This document shows positions 57,572-64,000 of a stretch of 64,000 nucleotides of DNA, in pieces. The DNA lies in contig JACMRI010000001.1 of NCBI GenBank assembly GCA_014376525.1, positions 3,871 through 67,870 on the forward strand, in the 5' to 3' direction. The DNA is from Bacteroidia bacterium (GTDB lineage: Bacteria > Bacteroidota > Bacteroidia > UBA4408). Every line of letters begins with the position of its first letter. The stretch's first letter is position 1. The notes beneath the pieces are model-generated. The model saw only the letters and a list, made by a program, of their open reading frames with translations, did no database searches and had not been told where the DNA came from. Made by a program: the position numbers and the translations under genes.

Positions 57572-58969
57572 TTATGCTTCCATTAATACAGCCTTAGCAT
57601 CATTAAGTATATCTTGTGCTTTTTCTTTGGTAGCAGCCTCGGCGTAAGTGCGTAATACAGGCTCTGTACCGCTTGCACGTATCATAAACCAAGTGTTATC
57701 ATCTATAAAATATTTGTAGCCGTCCATATCGTCAAGGCGTTGTACTTTGTACTTGCCAAACTGTGTGTATTCGCGAGCTTCACACTTTGCTACTATTTTA
57801 TTTTTGAGGGCTTCGTCTAAATGTAGGTCGTTGCGTTCAAATGCAAATGGACCAGTAATAGCATAAACTTCCTCTATTAATTCAGTTAATGATTTGCCCG
57901 ATTTTGCCATAAATTCCCATAAGGTTAAGCCCATCCATATACCATCTCGTTCGGGTATGTGTCCTTTAATAGCAATACCTCCACTCTCTTCACCTCCTAC
58001 TAACACATCTTCTTTGAGCATAATACCGCAAATGTATTTAAAGCCAATTTTTACAGTATCTAAAGGTAAACCATAATGGTCGCAAAGTACTTTTATTTTT
58101 ACAGAACTACTAAATGCCGTACACACTTTGCCTTTTATGCCCTTATATTTTACCATGTAATGTATAAGTAAAAGTATAATATGGTGCGAATCTACAAATT
58201 CACCTTTACTATTATACAAGCCTATTCTATCAGCATCGCCATCGGTACACAAACCACAGTCTATATCGCCATCGGCAAGGCGTATTAAATCGCTAAATTC
58301 TTTTAAATTTTTGTGTATTGGTTCTGGCGCTTGTCCGTTAAAACTTGGGTTGTAATCGCAGTGCAGAAACGTAACATCATCAGGAAACAAGCGGCGCATT
58401 ACGTTTTGCCCTGCACCATACATAGCGTCGTAAGCAAGGTTTAACGGGCTGTTGCGTATAGCGGCTAAATCAAAATTAGCTTCGGCATGTTGCACATACA
58501 AGGTTTCCATGTCTATGTACTCAAGCAATGCACCTGTGGCTAACTCGCTACGTACATCTATAGTACACTCGTCTGCTATCATATCTTCTATTTCTTGTAC
58601 TTGCTCAGGCAACAATGGTCCGCCGTAACTTCCCTTAAGTTTAAAACCATTGTAGCTTGGCGGGTTGTGCGATGCTGTAATAATAATACCCAATGCAGCC
58701 TTGTGGCGCACCGTTTCCAACGATACCATGGGTGTACTTACAAAGCCTTCGCTTGTATATACTTTTATGCCATATTGGTTCATTACTTTAATAATTGCGT
58801 GTACAAATAGTTCGCCTGCAAACCTACAATCGTGTCCTACTACTACGGAGTTGCCTCCGCTTTGTTTTATCCATTTAGCAGTAGCTTCGGCTACACGTGC
58901 TACGTTTTGCTCAGTAAATTCTTGCGCTATAATGGCACGCCAGCCGTCGGTTCCAAATTTTATTTTCAT
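57572..58969 (-). CDS. Phosphohexomutase (phosphoglucomutase / phosphomannomutase family)
   Basis: Active-site Ser loop GIIITASHNPPSYNGFK. Metal-binding CTDGDADR. Sugar-binding GGEESGG. Confidence 0.8.
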   Translation of the reverse strand: MKIKFGTDGWRAIIAQEFTEQNVARVAEATAKWIKQSGGNSVVVGHDCRFAGELFVHAIIKVMNQYGIKVYTSEGFVSTPMVSLETVRHKAALGIIITASHNPPSYNGFKLKGSYGGPLLPEQVQEIEDMIADECTIDVRSELATGALLEYIDMETLYVQHAEANFDLAAIRNSPLNLAYDAMYGAGQNVMRRLFPDDVTFLHCDYNPSFNGQAPEPIHKNLKEFSDLIRLADGDIDCGLCTDGDADRIGLYNSKGEFVDSHHIILLLIHYMVKYKGIKGKVCTAFSSSVKIKVLCDHYGLPLDTVKIGFKYICGIMLKEDVLVGGEESGGIAIKGHIPERDGIWMGLTLWEFMAKSGKSLTELIEEVYAITGPFAFERNDLHLDEALKNKIVAKCEAREYTQFGKYKVQRLDDMDGYKYFIDDNTWFMIRASGTEPVLRTYAEAATKEKAQDILNDAKAVLMEA

Positions 58970-59045
58970 ATTAAAAAGTTATAATGGTTATTTTTAAAAG
59001 TTGTGTTATTGAAACAAAAATAATAATTATGTTATAAATTTGATA

Positions 59046-60362
59046 CTAACTTTTGTAAGTTATCCATTTCATAATTTCTTTGTAAGTGGCTTTTTTTCCA
59101 TACATCATTATACCTACACGATATATGCGCCCTGCAAGCCACACAGTACCTATAAAGCCCAATATTAGTAACCCTATAGATAACCCTATTTGCCAATAGG
59201 GTACACCAAAAGGTATTCGTGCCATCATTACTATGGGAGATGTTAGCGGAAACATACTAAACCAAAACGACAAAGTGCTATCGGGGTTCATAAGTACGTG
59301 TTGTAGCATAATAATACCCAATATAAGTGGGGATGATAGTGGTAACATAAATTGTTGGGTGTCTGCCTCGCTATCAACGGCTGCCCCCATAGCAGCAAAT
59401 AATGCACTATAAATTAAATACCCACCCAAAAAGAAAATAATAAAGCAAACTACGATTACAGGAAAATCAATATCGGTAATGCTATCGCTTATGGTGGCAA
59501 AGTTTTCCATAGTTACACGTTGCTTTGCACTAAGTTCTTGCGAGCTATTTAATGCCGATTTTATAGTGGCACTATCATATTTGTTTTGCCCTATAAACGC
59601 TCCTACTACTGTGGTAAGCGTAAACGTAAGTACAACCCAAAGCATAAACTGTGTAAGACCAACCAATGCTACACCTATAATTTTACCCATCATTAACTCA
59701 AAAGGTTTTACGCTAGATATTATTACCTCAATAATTCGGTTTGATTTTTCCTCAATTACTCCACGCATTACTTGTGAAGCGTACAGGAACACAAACATAT
59801 ATATCATAAATGCGGCTACATAGCCCAGTATGGTTTTTATTTCGGCATTACCTTCACGTTCTTTGCCCTCTTCGTCTATGTCTATAAGTTGTATTTTTAC
59901 ACGATCGTTGAGTTTGTCTAACACTCGCTTATCCACGCTATTGGCTTCAAGTAGGCGTTTTTGTAATTGTTTTGATATTTCTTTCTCCAAATACGTTTGT
60001 GTAAACATACCAGGCTCCTTTTTGTAATACAGCATTATTCCCTCAGGTAAATTAAGCACCGTACGTGGCAAATAAAGTATAGCAGTATAAGGTTGTTGGT
60101 ACAAATTACTTTTGGCAACGGTAATATCTTCCAATGAATAATCAAATTTTATTTTATTGTTGTCGGTCAATGTATTTGCAAATATTGATGTTTCGTCCAC
60201 CACTTTTATAAGTACAGTTTCGTCTTTCATTTGTGCTAAATACATTGGCACTATCATAAGCGCAGCCATAAGCACAGGCCCTAGTAGCGAGAGTAGCCAA
60301 AACGATTTTTTGCTTACACGGGTAAAATATTCTCGTGCTATAATTAGTTTTATTTTTTGCAT
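59046..60362 (-). CDS. ABC-2 family transporter permease with large N-terminal extracytoplasmic domain
   Basis: N-terminal TM, ~170-aa periplasmic region, then five C-terminal TM helices (ABC2_membrane_3-like). No cognate ATPase is adjacent. Confidence 0.65.
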   Translation of the reverse strand: MQKIKLIIAREYFTRVSKKSFWLLSLLGPVLMAALMIVPMYLAQMKDETVLIKVVDETSIFANTLTDNNKIKFDYSLEDITVAKSNLYQQPYTAILYLPRTVLNLPEGIMLYYKKEPGMFTQTYLEKEISKQLQKRLLEANSVDKRVLDKLNDRVKIQLIDIDEEGKEREGNAEIKTILGYVAAFMIYMFVFLYASQVMRGVIEEKSNRIIEVIISSVKPFELMMGKIIGVALVGLTQFMLWVVLTFTLTTVVGAFIGQNKYDSATIKSALNSSQELSAKQRVTMENFATISDSITDIDFPVIVVCFIIFFLGGYLIYSALFAAMGAAVDSEADTQQFMLPLSSPLILGIIMLQHVLMNPDSTLSFWFSMFPLTSPIVMMARIPFGVPYWQIGLSIGLLILGFIGTVWLAGRIYRVGIMMYGKKATYKEIMKWITYKS

Positions 60363-60371
60363 AATGTTTTG

Positions 60372-61298
60372 TTATTGTTTAATATAACTTTGTACGTGGC
60401 GTTCTTTCTTGGAGTCGTATATATCGGCTATTTTTACTAATATACCCGTTTCTTCTACATCGCCAAATAGTTCATTAACCGCAGTACCAAAGGTTTTCAT
60501 AGTGGCACTAAGGTTCATATATGAGTTAATGAGTGGGGGTATATTTTCGCCTAATGCACGCACATGTTGGTTAAGTGCTTTGTGACCATCTTTATAATTA
60601 AGTCCTTCAAACAGATGATAAAATGAGGATAGTTCAAACTTGTTTTTTACTGCGTGTATAGGAGTTACCAGCTTATCATTATCAGCAAAATAATACTGCA
60701 TAAACGCAAGTAGCATATCTCTAGCTTCTATATTGTAATGGGTATACATAGTTACTTTGCCAAAAAAATGGGTAACGTCGGCATTGTCCACAATTAAAGC
60801 TCCTAGTCCGTCCCAAAGGTTATCTAGGCTAAATAATCCTTTGCGATTTTCGCTGCTGGGTTGGTAGTTGGGTTGTATCCACGAGCGACCAAGTTCTATG
60901 GTAGTATCAAAATAATTAACAATAAATTCATTACTGTAATTAAACAAATGTGCTGTAGATAAATTTATAGTGCCATTTGCCAACATTGCATCTTTACATT
61001 TTATGTAACGGTAGCCACCAACTATCTCCTCATCAATAGGGTTCCATACAATAAGTTGTTGATAAGGTTTGGCGCAAGTATCGTTATCATCTATATCCAA
61101 GGCTAAGCCAGTGCCACCGCCCGATGCCCTAAACGTAACTTCGCGTAAGCGTGCTATTTCTTGCATTACATTGGGTGCATTGTGGTGGTTAAGTATGTAT
61201 ATATGATTGCTACCATTGTTGGTAGTACGTACAAATAACTGTGGCGTAAGTTCTGCCTTTAATACGTGTTTGGCAATAGGATTTATGATAGTTTCCAT
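60372..61298 (-). CDS. GNAT-family (Acetyltransf_5, hemolysin-like) N-acyltransferase, OlsB/GlsB-like
   Basis: 308 aa. The ELGRSWIQPNYQ core motif and overall size resemble ornithine/glycine-lipid N-acyltransferases. It is immediately downstream of a PlsC-like O-acyltransferase. Confidence 0.6.
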   Translation of the reverse strand: METIINPIAKHVLKAELTPQLFVRTTNNGSNHIYILNHHNAPNVMQEIARLREVTFRASGGGTGLALDIDDNDTCAKPYQQLIVWNPIDEEIVGGYRYIKCKDAMLANGTINLSTAHLFNYSNEFIVNYFDTTIELGRSWIQPNYQPSSENRKGLFSLDNLWDGLGALIVDNADVTHFFGKVTMYTHYNIEARDMLLAFMQYYFADNDKLVTPIHAVKNKFELSSFYHLFEGLNYKDGHKALNQHVRALGENIPPLINSYMNLSATMKTFGTAVNELFGDVEETGILVKIADIYDSKKERHVQSYIKQ

Positions 61299-61328
61299 AC
61301 TAAAAATAAAATTGTAAAAAATGTATAA

Positions 61329-62192
61329 TTACTTAAATACTAATTCGCCTTTGCCACCTAGAGCATACACGTGTTGTTTTACCAACGCTGCCCATTCGGC
61401 TTCGGTTTTGTTGGTGGTAAATGTTTGCCAAGGTATGGGTTTGCCAAATGTAAATTTTATAGGGCGCCCTTTCATTTTGTACATTTCATCAACCAAGTAA
61501 AACATTTCTACATTGGCTTTTATGCCCAGTTTTTGGCGGTAATAGGCTAAGTTATAAAACCAGTTACTATTGCGTGCCTCGGTATGGCAGGGTATAATAT
61601 CTTTTTTGTAAGTGATTGATTTATTTATAAAACTCTTGCGCCATAGCAAATCTTCTATCTCCCCTTCACTATTTCTACGTGAACATAAACCAGCTGGAAA
61701 TACTATTACACAAGCGTTTGAGGCATATACATTATCTATATTAGCTAAGTATTCGGTTGAGTTTTTGCCTAGTTTGTTTACAGGCACAAATATACTTCCG
61801 TAGTTACGTAAGTTGAGTAATAAATCATTTACCAAAAACTTCATGTCCTTGCGAAAACTACCTATTAAGTACATAAGCGATATGCCATCGAGACCGCCCA
61901 ATGGGTGGTTGCTTGCTATTATACATCCATCAGTAATAGGTATGTTTTCTTGCCCTTCAATAGTTAGCGCACAATCAAATTCTTTAAAAGCACCCACTGC
62001 AAAATCGTATTCAAAATTGTTTCTATTACGGCTAATAGCTTCGTTCATCTCGTCTTGATGAATAGTACGTTTTATATAATTAATTATAAAACGTGGCATA
62101 TACTTTAGTAACGCAGGGTTTTTACTTGCTATTACTTTTTCTATGTCTATAAGTTTGTCGTAGTTTATAGTTTGTTTTTCCATTGAAACCAA
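61329..62192 (-). CDS. Lysophospholipid acyltransferase (PlsC family), OlsA/GlsA-like
   Basis: ASNHPLGGLDG (H-x-D type motif I, slightly expanded spacing) and VFPAGLCSR (motif III). Confidence 0.6.
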   Translation of the reverse strand: MVSMEKQTINYDKLIDIEKVIASKNPALLKYMPRFIINYIKRTIHQDEMNEAISRNRNNFEYDFAVGAFKEFDCALTIEGQENIPITDGCIIASNHPLGGLDGISLMYLIGSFRKDMKFLVNDLLLNLRNYGSIFVPVNKLGKNSTEYLANIDNVYASNACVIVFPAGLCSRRNSEGEIEDLLWRKSFINKSITYKKDIIPCHTEARNSNWFYNLAYYRQKLGIKANVEMFYLVDEMYKMKGRPIKFTFGKPIPWQTFTTNKTEAEWAALVKQHVYALGGKGELVFK

Positions 62193-62259
62193 ACGTACTT
62201 ATTTTTTTTGAAATTATTGTTAAATGTATCTTGTATTTTTACTAAAAAAAACATTTATT

Positions 62260-62955
62260 TTATCTTAACAATAAACATAAACCCAAAGCAACGACTACCA
62301 AAAATAGCTTTAGTATTAATTGTTGTTTACCTCTATTAAACTCAAATAATAACGATGTACCAATGTGTAAAAATAAACCGCATACAAAAGCTAATACATA
62401 ATGCACATCAAACACAAGTTCTGTATATTGTGTAATATATTGTGCCGCCAAAGCCCCACCAACCGTGCTTAGGCCTAGCATACTTATTAAAGTTAGGTTA
62501 ATAAATGAGCTGTAATTAAGGTGCTTAATAAGTTGCATTAAAATAATTGTTACAGGTATATTATGCACTATTAAGCCTACTAACAAACTATTACCATTAA
62601 CACTTATGAGCAAGGGTGTGCCTTCTACAAAACTGTGCAACAACAATGCGATATAACTTATATAAAATTTTACTTGCCCAGCATTATGCACATGCCCATG
62701 TTCTAAACCATTGCTATAACGTTCTAAACCTAATTGAAGTAGTAATCCTAACAAAATAACTATACCCGCATACGACTTATTGGGTACGTGTTCAAACACT
62801 TCGGGCAAAAAATTAATAACCGTAATACACAACAGCAAAGCGGCTGTAAATATGGAAATAGGCTTAGCATATTGCTTGTTAAGTGTATGCACATAAGCAT
62901 AGCTCGCACCAACAAGTACGGGTAGTGCCACTAATAAAACGAATAAATAATTCAA
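62260..62955 (-). CDS. ZIP-family metal cation transporter (ZupT-like)
   Basis: 8 TM helices. His-rich loop LEHGHVHNAG. HSFVEGTPL and HNIPVT motifs resemble the ZIP HNxxEG signatures. Confidence 0.5.
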   Translation of the reverse strand: MNYLFVLLVALPVLVGASYAYVHTLNKQYAKPISIFTAALLLCITVINFLPEVFEHVPNKSYAGIVILLGLLLQLGLERYSNGLEHGHVHNAGQVKFYISYIALLLHSFVEGTPLLISVNGNSLLVGLIVHNIPVTIILMQLIKHLNYSSFINLTLISMLGLSTVGGALAAQYITQYTELVFDVHYVLAFVCGLFLHIGTSLLFEFNRGKQQLILKLFLVVVALGLCLLLR

Positions 62956-62974
62956 CTATCTATGCAATAAACAA

Positions 62975-64000
62975 TTAGGCTTCGGTTGGGTAAATGCGTG
63001 CGTAAGCCTCCGTGTTTGAAGCTAATATTTTTTTACGTTTTAATGACATTTTTGGTGTCATTTCATCGCGTTCTATACTCCATTCTTGTGGCATTAGCTC
63101 GGTACGTTTTAGTTTTTCGTATTGTGCTAAATTCTTGTTTATTTTTTCTACTACTTCGTTTATACGCTTTATTATTATTGGGTTTTTAATAATATCGGCA
63201 TTAGTAGTAAATGGTATTTTTTTGATTGCACAATATTCTTTTAAAAATAAAAAAGAAGGTACAATGAATGCTGAGGGAAATTTTTCGTTTTCGCCAACTA
63301 CCATTACCTGCTCTATAAAACGGCTTTCTTTTAGTTTGTTTTCTATCATTTGTGGTGCAATATATTTACCACCACTAGTTTTAAATATTTCTTTTTTGCG
63401 ATCGGTAATTTTTAAAAAATTATCCTTTCCAATTTCTCCTATATCGCCAGTATGAAACCAACCTTCATTATCTATAACCTCAGCAGTAAGGTCTGGACGC
63501 TTATAGTAGCCTACCATTACATTAGGGCCTTTGGCTAATATTTCGCCATCTTCGGCTATTTTTATTTTTACGTTTTCAATTATTGGCCCTACTGTTCCGT
63601 ATCTATTGCCACCTTCAAAATAATTATTAACGGCTAATATTGGCGATGTTTCGGTAAGTCCGTAACCTTGCAATACGGGTATTTGCGCAGCCGTAAATAC
63701 ACGTGCTAAACGCTCTTGCAATGCGGCACCTCCGCTTGCTACTACTATTACTTCGCCACCCAATGCCTCACGCCATTTGTTAAATATAAGTTTGTTGGCT
63801 AGTTTTAATTGTGTTTCGTACCACCAACCATTAGCACCATTTTGCTCATGACGATGTCCTAAATTTAATGCCCAAAAGAACAATGCTTTTTTTACGCCAG
63901 TAAGTTCTTCGCCTTTAGCTACTATTTTGTCATATACCTTTTCGAGTAAACGAGGCACAGTTACAAACATATTGGGGTGTACTTCTTTAAGGTTATCTCC
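62975..64000 (-). CDS. Long-chain fatty acid--CoA ligase (AMP-binding superfamily), C-terminal part; N-terminus beyond right window edge
   Basis: The reading frame is open to position 64000 (..GDNLKEVHPNMFVTVPRLLEKVYDKI..). Motifs GYGLTETS and the hinge/ATP-binding WFHTGDIGEI..GFLKITDRKKE are characteristic of FadD-type acyl-CoA synthetases. Confidence 0.75.
   Translation of the reverse strand, partial: GDNLKEVHPNMFVTVPRLLEKVYDKIVAKGEELTGVKKALFFWALNLGHRHEQNGANGWWYETQLKLANKLIFNKWREALGGEVIVVASGGAALQERLARVFTAAQIPVLQGYGLTETSPILAVNNYFEGGNRYGTVGPIIENVKIKIAEDGEILAKGPNVMVGYYKRPDLTAEVIDNEGWFHTGDIGEIGKDNFLKITDRKKEIFKTSGGKYIAPQMIENKLKESRFIEQVMVVGENEKFPSAFIVPSFLFLKEYCAIKKIPFTTNADIIKNPIIIKRINEVVEKINKNLAQYEKLKRTELMPQEWSIERDEMTPKMSLKRKKILASNTEAYARIYPTEA

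Noticed and set aside
1-64000. CRISPR arrays, rRNA genes, transposases/IS elements
   Set aside because: Scanned for regularly spaced direct repeats and for the characteristic RNA/protein motifs; none found. The only conspicuous repeats are the in-gene (GGC)n tract and isolated palindromes.

Overview
AT-rich chromosomal segment, roughly one-third GC by eye, most likely from a Bacteroidota genome. The Flavobacteriia/Cytophagia-like assignment rests on a GLPGLI-family protein, a gliding-motility/T9SS type-B C-terminal sorting domain, a Bacteroidetes-type sdhCAB, bacillithiol YtxJ, and an OlsB/OlsA-like aminoacyl-lipid gene pair. Genes are densely packed on both strands, and one minus-strand tRNA-Leu(UAG) is present. 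I found no CRISPR array, integrase, transposase or rRNA.

Most of the window is housekeeping: lptB, pyrC, a CobW-family GTPase, hemW, kdpDE-type two-component genes, ybeY, a TrmH methyltransferase, succinate dehydrogenase, lysS, glutathione peroxidase, an RluA-family synthase, parA, a phosphohexomutase and a FadD-like ligase.

The clear accessory region is a ~12.4 kb surface-polysaccharide (O-antigen-like) cluster at 32332..44753. It contains three distinct amidotransferase-type systems (HisH/HisF-like WbuY/WbuZ, a PP-loop WbuX-like amidotransferase, and an AsnB-like synthetase). It also has a GNAT / PIG-L deacetylase / LpxD-like acyltransferase trio, Wzx/Wzy/ligase-like membrane proteins and GT2/GT4 transferases. 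It is even more AT-rich than its surroundings.

Other items worth a second look:
- A SiaC-like (DUF1987) gene at the left edge, immediately downstream of a 1031-aa ABCG-type transporter with a TerB-like / possibly FHA-like N-terminal extension.
- A sugar-kinase (APH/AmgK-like) fused to a RapZ C-terminal-like domain.
- A KdpD(C-module)/KdpE pair with no kdpFABC nearby.
- A lone AddB-like PD-(D/E)XK nuclease following a 680-bp non-coding gap.
- An orphan ParA.
- A GC-rich nested hairpin upstream of gpx.
- A 1021-aa T9SS cargo protein with a (GGC)n-encoded poly-glycine tract.

All functional calls are from motif recognition by eye. None has been confirmed by database search.
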